Shown here piece after piece: positions 19,347 through 29,059 of a stretch of DNA of 64,000 nucleotides; within the stretch, counting starts at the first letter, position 1; each line of letters starts with the position of its first letter. Made by a program: the position numbers and the translations under genes. Source of the stretch: an uncultured Acidobacteriota bacterium (GTDB taxonomy: Bacteria > Actinomycetota > Acidimicrobiia > Spongiisociales > ZC4RG35); contig CAWHEU010000020.1 of NCBI GenBank assembly GCA_963828465.1, positions 160,001 to 224,000 of the forward strand, given 5' to 3'. A model generated the notes under the pieces. The model saw only the letters and a list, made by a program, of their open reading frames with translations. It had not been told where the DNA came from and made no database searches.

Positions 19347-20033
19347 CTACTCCGTCACCATCTCCTCGTCGAGATGGCTCACATCACCGAGTTGGCGGAG
19401 CGAGAAACCCCACCCGGTGCTGATCCGGTCCATGGTCAAGCGGGAAACCCCGCTGTGAGGCTGGCGAAAACGATCCCACTCCCAGGGAACCGGCTCCAGC
19501 CCGAGCAGCCGGCCAAGGACCACGGCGTTGGTGCCCGCATGAGCCACGATGATCACCCGCATCCCCGGATCCTCGACTTCCCAGAGATGTCGGTGTTCGC
19601 CGTGCATGGGCAGGATTCCATGGATGGCCAGGGTCTCTTCGAGCCCGGTCACCACCCTGCGGTGAAAAGCGCGGAAGGACTCCCCTCCGGGTAACCCGTC
19701 CCACATTTCCTCCATCGTGCGAAAGTGGGCCTCCCGCAAAGCCTTCTCGATCTCCTCGGCGGGCGATCCCTCCCACGATGGCGGGTTCTGGATCTCCCTC
19801 AGCCACGGGTAAACCTCCGGCTCGATGTCCACCTCGGAAGCCACCGGGGCGGCGGTTTGCATGGCCCGATTCATCGGTGATACCCAGAGCTCGTCGAAGG
19901 GTTCGACCGCGCCCAGCCGATGGGCGACGCGCTTCGCCTGCTCATGCCCGATATCTGTTAGGTCGGGGTCGTTCCGTGCGATGAGGCCGGGAGTCCAGTC
20001 GGGCTGGCCGTGGCGGACCAGGATCAAATCCAT
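19347..20033 (-). CDS. Histidine phosphatase family protein
   Basis: LVRHGQ, SPMNRAMQTA, GGES, VAHAG. Confidence 0.9.
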   Translation of the reverse strand: MDLILVRHGQPDWTPGLIARNDPDLTDIGHEQAKRVAHRLGAVEPFDELWVSPMNRAMQTAAPVASEVDIEPEVYPWLREIQNPPSWEGSPAEEIEKALREAHFRTMEEMWDGLPGGESFRAFHRRVVTGLEETLAIHGILPMHGEHRHLWEVEDPGMRVIIVAHAGTNAVVLGRLLGLEPVPWEWDRFRQPHSGVSRLTMDRISTGWGFSLRQLGDVSHLDEEMVTE

Positions 20034-20092
20034 GTCGTCAACCGTACCCAGCCCGTTGTTCATACCGATCGACGTCGCAATACGATTGGGCT

Positions 20093-20638
20093 GTGTCCCG
20101 CCAAGCCCTCATCGATCACCTGCGTCATCACGCCCTCTTCACTGACGGCCCCTACACACTGAGGTCGGGCCAGCGCTCGGATTGGTACCTCGATGCGCGA
20201 CAGACGACATTTGCCGGAAAGGGAGCGCCCATCGTCGGCGCCGCCGTGCTCGACGTCCTCGACCCCGAGGTCAGGGCGGTGGGAGGCATGACCATGGGGG
20301 CGGACCCGATCGCTCTCGCCGTCGCCGTCGTCGCCAATCTCCGGGGTCGGGACATCAACGCCTTCTCGATCCGCAAGACCACCAAGCAGTACGGGATCAC
20401 AGGGCGGGTCGTCGGCCCGGTGGCAGCGGGCATGTCAGTTGCGATCCTCGAGGACACGACGACCACTGGCGGCGCCGCCCTCGACGCGGCTGAGGCAGCC
20501 ACTGCAGCCGGACTGCGAGTAGTGCAGGCCATAGCCCTCGTCGATCGATCCGATGGGAGGGCTGCCGAGGCATTCGACGAGGAATCCATTCCCTACGTGG
20601 CCCTGGTGGTCCCCAAGGACCTGGGCGTCAAGAGGTGA
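20093..20638 (+). CDS. pyrE: Orotate phosphoribosyltransferase
   Basis: TLRSGQRSDWYLD, GGMTMGADP, ILEDTTTTGGA. Confidence 0.93.
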   Translation: MSRQALIDHLRHHALFTDGPYTLRSGQRSDWYLDARQTTFAGKGAPIVGAAVLDVLDPEVRAVGGMTMGADPIALAVAVVANLRGRDINAFSIRKTTKQYGITGRVVGPVAAGMSVAILEDTTTTGGAALDAAEAATAAGLRVVQAIALVDRSDGRAAEAFDEESIPYVALVVPKDLGVKR

Positions 20639-21222
20639 AAGTCGTCGTACAGCGCTCGGCGGTCAGGATGTGGCTGCTGGCGATGGGCGGCATACCACTC
20701 CTGGTCATCGCAGTGGACGTGCTGACGAGCCGTCGGATCACCAACTGGCTCCGGGAGCTGTTGTTCACGCCGGAAGACACCCAGATCTATGAGCCGCGAG
20801 ACGTGATTTGGGCCTGGGCCCTCCTCTTCTTCTCGGTGTTTCTCGTTGTGTGGGGTCTGAAAGAGCTCTTCATGCCCACCAAGGTGATCGAGGCCCGGGA
20901 CGAAGGGCTCGCCGTCAAACTCCGTGGCCCCTTCCGAAAGCCCGACCTCATCCCGTGGGGAAACATCGCCGACATCGAGCCGGGTGAGATCGTGGACGAG
21001 GGAGATGTGTTGCTTCTCCTCCGGATCAGGCTCTTCACCCGGGGCGAGCTGACCGAGCATCCCTGGGGGGCACGCTGGGTAGAGGCCAAGGTCCTCGGCC
21101 TTCTCGCCCAGGACTGGTCCGCGACGCCGGCCCGGGTGGCAGAGCAGCTTGGGGAGTATGCGGTCGATGCGGCACAACGGGAGACCCGGGCCCGGACCGC
21201 CCCCATCTCGGACCCGACGTGA
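20635..21222 (+). CDS. Hypothetical membrane protein
   Basis: Two TM helices plus a soluble C-terminus; overlaps both pyrE and nfo by 4 nt. Confidence 0.75.
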   Translation: MKVVVQRSAVRMWLLAMGGIPLLVIAVDVLTSRRITNWLRELLFTPEDTQIYEPRDVIWAWALLFFSVFLVVWGLKELFMPTKVIEARDEGLAVKLRGPFRKPDLIPWGNIADIEPGEIVDEGDVLLLLRIRLFTRGELTEHPWGARWVEAKVLGLLAQDWSATPARVAEQLGEYAVDAAQRETRARTAPISDPT

Positions 21223-21992
21223 TCCTGGTCGGCGCCCATGTGCCGTCGATCAAGCCTTTGGAAGAGGCGGGCGAGCGCAAGGCCGACCTCGCCCAGATCT
21301 TTCTCTCCAACCCACAGTCGTGGAAGAAACCCCCACCGCGGCCCGACGCCGAGGCGCTGCGTAGCTCACCGATCCCGATCTATGTCCACGCTCCCTACCT
21401 GATCAACGTTTGTGCCGATAACAACCGGGTGAGGATTCCGTCACGAAAGATCCTCCAGGACACCTGTGATGCGGCGACCGAGGTGGGCGCCCTGGCGGTG
21501 ATCGTCCACGGTGGACATGTGACGGGCGACGGGCCACAGGAAGAGGGCATCGAGCGTTGGAGGAAGGCACTCGAGGCGGTCGACACCGAGATCCCGATCT
21601 TCATCGAGAACACAGCCGGTGGGGACAAGGCGGTGGCGAGAAGGGTCGAGTGGATCGCCCGTCTGTTCGACGAGGTCGGGGAGTTCGGAGTCGGCTTCGT
21701 CCTCGACACCTGTCATCTGTGGGCGGGTGGTGAGCCAGTGGACGAGGTGGTCCCCCGCATCATGGAAGCCACTGGACGGATCGATCTCGTCCAGGTGAAC
21801 GACTCCAAGGACCCCTTCGACTCACGCCGCGACCGTCACGAGAACCTGGGTAAAGGCCTCATCCCAGAGGAGGAGATGGCCCGGATGATCATCGAGGCCG
21901 GTGCGCCGGTGGTCGTGGAGACCCCGGGTGGTGTAGAGGAACAGGCCGCCGACATCGAATGGGTTAGGAGGGCTTTGAGTGGTGAGTTATGA
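21219..21992 (+). CDS. nfo: Endonuclease IV
   Basis: VHAPYLIN, IENTAG, LDTCH, NDSK, DRHENLG, VETP. Confidence 0.93.
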   Translation: MILVGAHVPSIKPLEEAGERKADLAQIFLSNPQSWKKPPPRPDAEALRSSPIPIYVHAPYLINVCADNNRVRIPSRKILQDTCDAATEVGALAVIVHGGHVTGDGPQEEGIERWRKALEAVDTEIPIFIENTAGGDKAVARRVEWIARLFDEVGEFGVGFVLDTCHLWAGGEPVDEVVPRIMEATGRIDLVQVNDSKDPFDSRRDRHENLGKGLIPEEEMARMIIEAGAPVVVETPGGVEEQAADIEWVRRALSGEL

Positions 21993-22033
21993 GTGGTGAG
22001 TCTCAGAACCCACACCCACCACCCATTACTCAA
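21976..22033. repeat. Heptamer-periodic inverted repeat element between converging nfo and secDF
   Basis: TGAGTGG TGAGTTA TGAGTGG TGAGTCT CA gaACCCA cACCCA ccACCCA ttACTCA; contains both stop codons. Confidence 0.8.
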
Positions 22034-24314
22034 ATATCCTCTTCGGTCCCGTCTTCTGCTTCTGATGCTGCTTGCGCTCGTTCGGCGTCGGTTCGGGGAT
22101 CGGGCGCGGGTAGCGATCTTCGAGGAGGATCGCCAGCGGCGTCGCCGTGAACACCGAGGAGTAGGTCCCGACGAGGATCCCGATCAGCAGGGCGAGGGCG
22201 AAGTCCGAGAGGGTGTCACCGCCGAGCACGTATAGGGAGGCGAGGATGAGGATCGCCCCGAGACCCGTGTTGATCGTCCTCGGGACGGTTTGCAGGCAGG
22301 CCTCGTTGGCGATGGGGCCGAGTGGCTCGCCCGGCCGATCCGCCTGGTGCTCACGGATCCGGTCGAAGATCACGACCGAGTCGGCGATCGAGTAGCCGAT
22401 GATGGTCAACAGGGCGGCGAGGAACACCCCATCGATGGTCTTTCCGAGCCAGGCGAAGAGCCCGACCACGAGGATGACGTCATGGAACATCGAGAGGACG
22501 GCCGCTGCTCCGATGGTCCAGCGGAACCTGATCGCCAGGTAAATGAGCTGCATGAGCAGAGCCAGGCCTAGAGCCAGGAGAGCGCGGTTCCGGATCTCTT
22601 CGCCCAGGGTGGGCCCGACGAACTGGTCCCGGACCACGGTCACGTCGCCCCCGATCCCGGCCACGGTGTCCTCGAGTACTTGCTCGCGTTCGGGGTCGAG
22701 CTCCTCGGTTCGGATCACGATCGTGCCCTGGCCGGTTTCCTGGATCAAGGCCTGCGGCAGCCCTTGGTCGGCCAGATCCTGTCGTAACTGGTCGAGGTCG
22801 ACTTCTTGCGTGGTGGAAAACTCAACCAGGCGGCCGCCGGAGAACTCGATCCCGAAGTTGAGGCCCCGCGCCACGATGCCTGCGATGGCGATCACGATCA
22901 GGATCCCCGAGATGATCAGCCAACGCTGCGGCTTGGCAAACAGATTCGGCCCCGACGTCCTCAGCCATTCCTGGAAACGCCGCCCGACGGTCAAGCCCAT
23001 CAACCGGGGCCGGGTCTGCAATGCCGGTATCCGGGACAACATCTCGAGCAGGACCCGGGTCACGACGAGGGCAGAGAACATCGACACAAGGACACCGATG
23101 GTGAGGGTGACGCCGAAGCCACGGACGGCGCCGGCGGCCAGGAAGAAGAGGAGTACTGCGGCCAGGAGAGTGGTGACGTTGGCGTCGAGAATGGCGCTCC
23201 AGGCCCGCTGGAATCCCGCCTCCAGCGATCTGCCCAGCGTCGGGTCGACGGCGTATTCCTCCTTTGCCCGTTCGTAAACGAGCACGTTGGCGTCCACGGC
23301 CATCCCGATGGCGAGGACGAAGCCGGCGATGCCGGGGAGGGTGAGGGTGGCTCCCAGCCATATGAGGACGGCGTAGGAGAGGAGTCCGTAGACGACCAGC
23401 GAGATGGCCGCCGCCACACCCATCAGCCGGTAGAAGGCGATCATGTAGAGGATGGTGAGGCCGGCACCGATGAGGGCGGCCTGCAGGCTCGCGTCGATCG
23501 CGGCTTCACCGAGGGAGGGCCCGACCGTTCCCTGCTCGATCACCTCGACCGGGACCGGCAGGGCGCCGGCGCGAATGAGGAGTGCGAGCTCGTTGGAAGT
23601 CTCCTCGTCGAAGTTTCCGGTGATCAGAGTCTCGCCACCGGTGATGCCCACGTCACATTGGACCGAGGGTGAGACCCCCGGGCTGGAGAGAACCGATTCG
23701 TCGAGCACGATGGCTATCCGTCGGGTCGGGTCACCGACCGGGGCACAGGCCGCTTCGGCCGTCAATTGGGCCCACTGTTCCTCCCCCTCGGGCAGGAAGT
23801 TGATCGAGACGGCCCACAGACCCGAGCCCTGGCTGTCGAAGATGGCCGCAGCGCTTTCGACCTGGTCACCACTGACGGCTGTCGGGCCGAGAACCAGGTC
23901 CTCGCCGGGCTCGCCCGGGATGACGAGATCCCCTTCGACAGTCGGCTCCGTGCCGGTGGGCACTGATTCGAGCACCGGGTGAAACGTGAGCTGGGCGGTT
24001 CGCCCGATGACTTCCAGAGCGGCGTCAGGGTCTTCCACTCCAGGCATCTCGATGATGATCCGGCGGTCACCCGACACCTGGAGAGTGGGCTCGGCTACTC
24101 CGAAGGCGTCGACACGGCGACGCAAGACCTCGAGTGTCCGAGTGGTCACCTCGCTGTCGACGGTGACGTCGTCGGTGTCCTGAGCCTCGAGAACGATCTG
24201 CGTGCCACCGCGCAGGTCCAGACCGAGGTTGACCGGGTTGTTGAGAACGATGTAGACGGCAGCGCCTATGGAGATCACAGTCCAAAAAAGACGCCACCGG
24301 GACACCTTGGCCAT
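22026..24314 (-). CDS. secDF: Fused protein translocase SecDF
   Basis: LGLDLRGG, GALPVP, VGPSLG, TLTLPGIAG, GMAVDANV, GIEFSGG, IIGYSIADSVVIFDRIRE. Confidence 0.95.
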   Translation of the reverse strand: MAKVSRWRLFWTVISIGAAVYIVLNNPVNLGLDLRGGTQIVLEAQDTDDVTVDSEVTTRTLEVLRRRVDAFGVAEPTLQVSGDRRIIIEMPGVEDPDAALEVIGRTAQLTFHPVLESVPTGTEPTVEGDLVIPGEPGEDLVLGPTAVSGDQVESAAAIFDSQGSGLWAVSINFLPEGEEQWAQLTAEAACAPVGDPTRRIAIVLDESVLSSPGVSPSVQCDVGITGGETLITGNFDEETSNELALLIRAGALPVPVEVIEQGTVGPSLGEAAIDASLQAALIGAGLTILYMIAFYRLMGVAAAISLVVYGLLSYAVLIWLGATLTLPGIAGFVLAIGMAVDANVLVYERAKEEYAVDPTLGRSLEAGFQRAWSAILDANVTTLLAAVLLFFLAAGAVRGFGVTLTIGVLVSMFSALVVTRVLLEMLSRIPALQTRPRLMGLTVGRRFQEWLRTSGPNLFAKPQRWLIISGILIVIAIAGIVARGLNFGIEFSGGRLVEFSTTQEVDLDQLRQDLADQGLPQALIQETGQGTIVIRTEELDPEREQVLEDTVAGIGGDVTVVRDQFVGPTLGEEIRNRALLALGLALLMQLIYLAIRFRWTIGAAAVLSMFHDVILVVGLFAWLGKTIDGVFLAALLTIIGYSIADSVVIFDRIREHQADRPGEPLGPIANEACLQTVPRTINTGLGAILILASLYVLGGDTLSDFALALLIGILVGTYSSVFTATPLAILLEDRYPRPIPEPTPNERKQHQKQKTGPKRIFE

Positions 24315-24416
24315 GGAAGATCCTTCGGATGTTCGGCGGGCTCAGCATGGTATCGGCGCGCGCCCGCCATGCCAGATCCGGAATCGGCACCTACGAGCGA
24401 CCGGTATCCTTCCGTC

Positions 24417-25265
24417 ATGCGCGAAAAGGTCACGGTCCCGTCCATCAGGGCTCGCAAAGGCGGTCCCAAGATCTCGATGGTCACTGCCTACGACTATCCG
24501 GGGGCGGTGATCGCAGACCGGGCCGGGGTCGACATCGTCCTCGTAGGCGATTCGGCGGCGAATGTCGTCCATGGGATGGCCACCACCCTCGAATTCGGGA
24601 TGGAGGAGACGATCATCCATGCCCGCGCCGTGAACCGGGCGCATCCCACGGCGCTATTCGTCGTCGACATGCCCTGGCTCAGCTTCCATGTGTCGGTCGA
24701 GGACACAGTGCGCAACGCGGGAAGGATCGTCCAGGAAGGCGGAGCCGAGGCGGTCAAGCTCGAAGGGGGTCGCAAGCGGCTTCACATGATCGAGGCAATC
24801 CTCGACGCCGAGATCCCGGTGATGGGCCATCTCGGCCTCACCCCACAGTCGGTCCACGCCATGGGTGGCTTCAAGGTCCAGGGCAAGATGGTCGACGCCG
24901 CCCAGGAGATCATCGAAGATGCCATCGCCATTTCCGAGGCGGGCTGCTTCTCGATCGTCCTCGAGGGGGTTCCCGACATCCTCGGCGAGTTGATCACCAA
25001 GGAGGTCGACGTGCCGACCATCGGCATCGGGGCCGGTCCGGCGACCGACGGTCAAGTTCTGGTCTTCCACGACGTCCTCGGCCTCGGGTCGGGCAACTAC
25101 CCGAAGTTCGTCCGCAAGTACGCCGATCTTGCCGACGACGCGGTCGCCGCCCTGACCAGGTACGTCGCCGATGTCGGCTCGGGCGAGTTCCCCGGTGAGG
25201 ACGAGAGCTATCACGTGTCGGACGAGATCGCAGCCGAGATGCTGAAGGGCCGATCGTCCGGGTAG
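24417..25265 (+). CDS. panB: 3-methyl-2-oxobutanoate hydroxymethyltransferase
   Basis: MVTAYD, LVGDS, VKLEGG, GHLGLTPQ, TIGIGAG, DGQVLV. Confidence 0.96.
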   Translation: MREKVTVPSIRARKGGPKISMVTAYDYPGAVIADRAGVDIVLVGDSAANVVHGMATTLEFGMEETIIHARAVNRAHPTALFVVDMPWLSFHVSVEDTVRNAGRIVQEGGAEAVKLEGGRKRLHMIEAILDAEIPVMGHLGLTPQSVHAMGGFKVQGKMVDAAQEIIEDAIAISEAGCFSIVLEGVPDILGELITKEVDVPTIGIGAGPATDGQVLVFHDVLGLGSGNYPKFVRKYADLADDAVAALTRYVADVGSGEFPGEDESYHVSDEIAAEMLKGRSSG

Positions 25266-25279
25266 CGGCCCTTCTCCTG

Positions 25280-25798
25280 GTGGCGGCGTGCGCCACGACC
25301 ACGACCAACGGTGTCACGTCATCGACCTCCACCGTGGCCCCGACCACTACCACAGTTGTCGGCTCGACCACCACGACCGCGGTCGCGGAGACGACGACGC
25401 CTACTCCGTCTACGAGCACAGTCACTCCTGACCTACCGACGACGGAGCTTGCTGTCGGCGATGACACCCTCGAGGTATGGGTCGCGGACGAGCCCGCAGA
25501 GCGGCAACAGGGTCTCCGAGCGGTGGCTGAGCTGCCCGATGGGATCGATGGGATGCTCTTCGTGTTCCCCGAGCCGAAAACACCCAACTTCATCATGTCA
25601 GGTACGCCGCTCCCTCTCGAGGTCTGGTTCTTCGACCCCGACGGATCAATGATCGGCTCACACGAGATGACGCCGTGCCCGGCCGATCCCTGTCCCGTCT
25701 ACCCCGCCCCCGGACCGGTGGGCTGGGCGCTGGAGACACCGGCGGGGGAGCGAGATTTCCAGGCGGGTGACCTTCTCTCGACTTCTGCATCGGGCTGA
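25280..25798 (+). CDS. DUF192-family lipoprotein; true start unclear
   Basis: VADEPAERQQGL, GMLFVF, ALETPAG; Thr-rich linker after an LVAAC lipobox. Confidence 0.75.
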   Translation: MAACATTTTNGVTSSTSTVAPTTTTVVGSTTTTAVAETTTPTPSTSTVTPDLPTTELAVGDDTLEVWVADEPAERQQGLRAVAELPDGIDGMLFVFPEPKTPNFIMSGTPLPLEVWFFDPDGSMIGSHEMTPCPADPCPVYPAPGPVGWALETPAGERDFQAGDLLSTSASG

Positions 25799-25854
25799 GA
25801 GCGCCCTATCATCTGGTTTCCGCACCGGCGTCTCGCGCCGTCCGGTTGCGTGAA

Positions 25855-25911
25855 ACCCCTGCTCCACCGGGCTGGTGGGGCCTTCCGATCCGGATGTCCA
25901 CAGGAGGTCAC
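25855..25911 (+). promoter_or_regulatory. Probable S6:S18 autoregulatory leader
   Basis: CCCCTG...CAGGAGG pairing can sequester the rpsF SD; internal CCGG/CCGG stem; expected position. Confidence 0.5.
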
Positions 25912-26199
25912 ATGCGCGACTATGAGGTAATGACGATCCATCGGCCCGACCTGGCCGAGGACGAGGTCGAGACCAAGATCGCCGATCTTGAATCGCACCT
26001 GTCCGGCTCGGGGGCGACAGTCGATGGGAGGGATATGTGGGGGAAGCGCCGCTTCGCCTACGAGATCGACCATCTGTCCGAGGGCTACTACTCGGTGGTC
26101 ACGTTTCAGGCAGAGGCGGCTGCCGTCGATTCGCTCGATCGAATGCTGTCACTGGCCGACGAAGTGATTCGACACAAGATCGTGCGCAGGGGCGCATGA
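25912..26199 (+). CDS. rpsF: 30S ribosomal protein S6
   Basis: MRDYEVM, WGKRRFAYEI, EGYY; AGGAGG SD. Confidence 0.97.
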   Translation: MRDYEVMTIHRPDLAEDEVETKIADLESHLSGSGATVDGRDMWGKRRFAYEIDHLSEGYYSVVTFQAEAAAVDSLDRMLSLADEVIRHKIVRRGA

Positions 26200-26260
26200 C
26201 TGGAATCTGTCCCAGGGCCACGGCATGATCGACCCAGGGACTTGAGAAGAGGAGATTCAC

Positions 26261-26728
26261 ATGTCGAACAACGTCACACTGATAGGGAACCTGGTCGACG
26301 ACCCGGAGCTTCGCTTCACCCCTTCCGGGGTGGCCATGGCCAAGATCCGGCTCGCCGTGAATCGCCGCTGGCAGAAGGACGGCGAGTGGCAGGAAGACAC
26401 CAGCTACTTCACCGGAACCGTATGGCGAGAGCAAGCTGAGAGTGCGGCCGAATCGCTGCAGAAGGGCGCCCGCGTCATCGTGACCGGCCGTCTCGAGCAG
26501 CGGAGCTGGGAGACCCCAGAGGGGGACAAGCGCTCCGTGGTGGAGATCCAGATAGACGAGATCGGCCCGTCGCTGCGCTGGGCAACGGCTTCGGTGAACA
26601 AGACCCAGCGCTCCGGCGGCGAATGGAGTGGCGGTGGCGGTGGCGGTGCCGGCGCCGGCCAGGGTGCCGAGGTTCCTCCAGCACCGGTGGCGAGAGAGTC
26701 GTACGGGCCCGACGAGGCCCCCTTCTGA
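26261..26728 (+). CDS. ssb: Single-stranded DNA-binding protein
   Basis: GNLVDDPELRFTPSG; Gly-rich tail ending DEAPF. Confidence 0.97.
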   Translation: MSNNVTLIGNLVDDPELRFTPSGVAMAKIRLAVNRRWQKDGEWQEDTSYFTGTVWREQAESAAESLQKGARVIVTGRLEQRSWETPEGDKRSVVEIQIDEIGPSLRWATASVNKTQRSGGEWSGGGGGGAGAGQGAEVPPAPVARESYGPDEAPF

Positions 26729-26745
26729 TCCAGGAGTTTTAGACA

Positions 26746-27018
26746 ATGGCTAGAAAGAGCACGAACAACCCGCGCCCCAAGCGGCGCCGGGGCATGGAGA
26801 TGAGACGGGGCCGTCCCAAGCCCTGCGCATTCTGCAAGCAGCAGGTCGATTTCATCGACTGGAAGGACGTCTCCGTGTTGCGCAAATACATGTCCGACCG
26901 GGGCAAGATCAGGGGTCGCCGGGTGAACGGGAACTGCCCGACGCATCAGCGAGAAGTGGCCAACGCCATCAAGAATGCTCGAGAGATGGCCCTGCTCCCG
27001 TATCTGAGCACGAGATGA
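26746..27018 (+). CDS. rpsR: 30S ribosomal protein S18 (Cys-containing form)
   Basis: [27 protein letters not shown]. Confidence 0.97.
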   Translation: MARKSTNNPRPKRRRGMEMRRGRPKPCAFCKQQVDFIDWKDVSVLRKYMSDRGKIRGRRVNGNCPTHQREVANAIKNAREMALLPYLSTR

Positions 27019-27464
27019 GGCTCATCCTCACTGCCGACGTCCAGGAGCTGGGCAAGAGGGGTGATGTCGTGGACGTGGCCGAGGGTTACGCCCGCAATTA
27101 CCTGTTGCCGCGGAAGAAGGCCGTCAAGGCCCACGAGGCGGCCCTGGCCCAGGCCGAGGCCGTCCGCGAAGCCCGCATCGAGGCCGAGCGGAAGGCCAAG
27201 GAAGAGGCGGAGCGGCTTGCCACCCAGTTGGTCGGCAGCCGTGTCGTGATCGCGGCCCAGGCCGGCGACGAGGGCCAGCTCTACGGCTCCATTTCCCCGG
27301 CCGACGTGGTCGAAGGTGTCCGTCGCTTCACCGGCATCGAGCTGGACCGGGACACCTTGGAGATCCCGAACCCGATCAAGGCGATAGGTCTGCACGAGAT
27401 CAACATCAAACTCCACGCCGAGGTCCAGTTCCCCCTCACCTTGGACGTGATTCCCGCCAGCTGA
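27015..27464 (+). CDS. rplI: 50S ribosomal protein L9
   Basis: [28 protein letters not shown]. Confidence 0.97.
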   Translation: MRLILTADVQELGKRGDVVDVAEGYARNYLLPRKKAVKAHEAALAQAEAVREARIEAERKAKEEAERLATQLVGSRVVIAAQAGDEGQLYGSISPADVVEGVRRFTGIELDRDTLEIPNPIKAIGLHEINIKLHAEVQFPLTLDVIPAS

Positions 27465-27706
27465 CCGGTCCGATTACTGGCGAGTTTCGCGGTTTTCCTG
27501 CCAGTCCTTTCCACCGCGAAAACAAAAGAGGCCACCGCGAAATTCGATGAGGCCTCTGGCTTGTGACGCCGGCCGGAGCGACCCTATCTTCAGCCACCTT
27601 CCCCGCTGGCAGTTTCGGCTTCCCCGCCAACCGGCGGGGTCTTGCATGTCAGGGCCCCACAGGTCCGCGAAATCTGTCACTCGCGCGTTGTTTGATGAGG
27701 ACATAG

Positions 27707-29059
27707 ATGAGCGGCATCACCGATCAGGGGCAAATGAGACCGGGTTTCCGGAGCCCACCCCATTCCAGGGAGGCTGAGGAGTCGGTCATCGGGGCAGTGC
27801 TCCTGTCGGAGGAGGCGGTCAATGAGGTGATGGACCGTCTCCACCCGCCCGACTTCTATGTCCCCGCCCACCAGGCGATCTTCGAGGCCATGCGGGAACT
27901 GTTCGACACGAGTCAGGCCATCGACGCCGTGACCGTGTCCGAGGCATTACGGCGACGGGGGGAATTGGACAAGGTCGGAGGAGTTGCCTACCTGACCCGT
28001 CTCGTCGACATCGTGCCCTCGACCTCCAACATCCTCTACTACTCGGGGATCGTCGAAGAGCACGCCAAGCGCCGCGAGCTGATCCGGGCCGGCGCCACGG
28101 TGACCGATGTCGCCTTCGACATCGACGAGGAGATCGCCCGAGTGATGGACCGGGCGGAGCAGGCGGTCCTGTCGGTGGCCGAACGTCGGGGCGCACAGAC
28201 CCTCCTCGAGGTAGGTCCCCTCTTCAGTGATGTGCTGGAGCACATCGAGTTGCTCGAGCAGCGGGGTTCGGAGCTGACCGGATTGGCGACCGGCTACGTC
28301 GATCTCGACAAGAAGCTGGCCGGTCTCCAAGCGTCCAACCTGGTGGTCATCGCGGCAAGGCCGGCGATGGGCAAAAGCTCCCTCGCACTTGGTATCGCGG
28401 TCAACGCCGCCGTCCAGAACGAACCCGTGGCCATCTTCTCGTTGGAGATGTCCAAGGAGGAGATCGTCCAGCGCATCCTCTCCTCGGTGGGCCGGGTCGA
28501 TTCCATGAAGCTCCGCTCCGGTCAGCTGGGACCGCTGTGGCAGAGGGTTGTCGACGCCGCCGGCAAGATGTATCAAGCACCTATCTACATCGACGACTCC
28601 CCGGTCGTCACGGTGACCGATATCCGGGCGAAGTGCCGGAGGCTGAAGCGGAAGAAGGGGCTCTCCCTGGTGGTGATCGACTACCTGCAGCTGATGGAGG
28701 CGTCGAGCCGGGAGAACCGTCAGCAGGAGATCTCGGAGATCACCCGAAACCTCAAGAACCTGGCCCGAGAGCTGGAAGTACCGGTGATCGCCGTCTCCCA
28801 GCTCAACCGATCGTTGGAGGCCAGGGAGGACAAGCGGCCGCGTCTCTCCGATCTACGCGAAAGCGGATCCATCGAGCAGGACGCCGACGTCGTGATGTTC
28901 ATCTACCGCCACGAGTACTACCACCCCGAGGACCAGGAGCGGAAAGGCATCGCCGAGGTCATCGTGGCCAAGCATCGTGCCGGGTCCACCGGCCCCGTCG
29001 AGGTCACCTTCCAGCCCGAGTTCACCCGTTTCGCCAACCTGGGCCGGGACGTCACCTAA
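27707..29059 (+). CDS. dnaB: Replicative DNA helicase (no intein)
   Basis: PPHSREAEESV, AARPAMGKS, IDYLQLM, SQLNR, DLRESGSIEQDAD. Confidence 0.97.
   Translation: MSGITDQGQMRPGFRSPPHSREAEESVIGAVLLSEEAVNEVMDRLHPPDFYVPAHQAIFEAMRELFDTSQAIDAVTVSEALRRRGELDKVGGVAYLTRLVDIVPSTSNILYYSGIVEEHAKRRELIRAGATVTDVAFDIDEEIARVMDRAEQAVLSVAERRGAQTLLEVGPLFSDVLEHIELLEQRGSELTGLATGYVDLDKKLAGLQASNLVVIAARPAMGKSSLALGIAVNAAVQNEPVAIFSLEMSKEEIVQRILSSVGRVDSMKLRSGQLGPLWQRVVDAAGKMYQAPIYIDDSPVVTVTDIRAKCRRLKRKKGLSLVVIDYLQLMEASSRENRQQEISEITRNLKNLARELEVPVIAVSQLNRSLEAREDKRPRLSDLRESGSIEQDADVVMFIYRHEYYHPEDQERKGIAEVIVAKHRAGSTGPVEVTFQPEFTRFANLGRDVT

Noticed and set aside
25290-25450. Low-complexity ACC/ACG repeats (also near 7510-7580 and 37950-38050)
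   Set aside because: They encode Thr-rich linkers of lipoproteins or membrane proteins and are not DNA elements
27465-27706. DnaA-box cluster or oriC
   Set aside because: No close TT(A/G)TCCACA match seen; oriC is expected upstream of jag, outside the window
27707-29059. Possible intein in dnaB
   Set aside because: Normal 450-aa length with contiguous motifs
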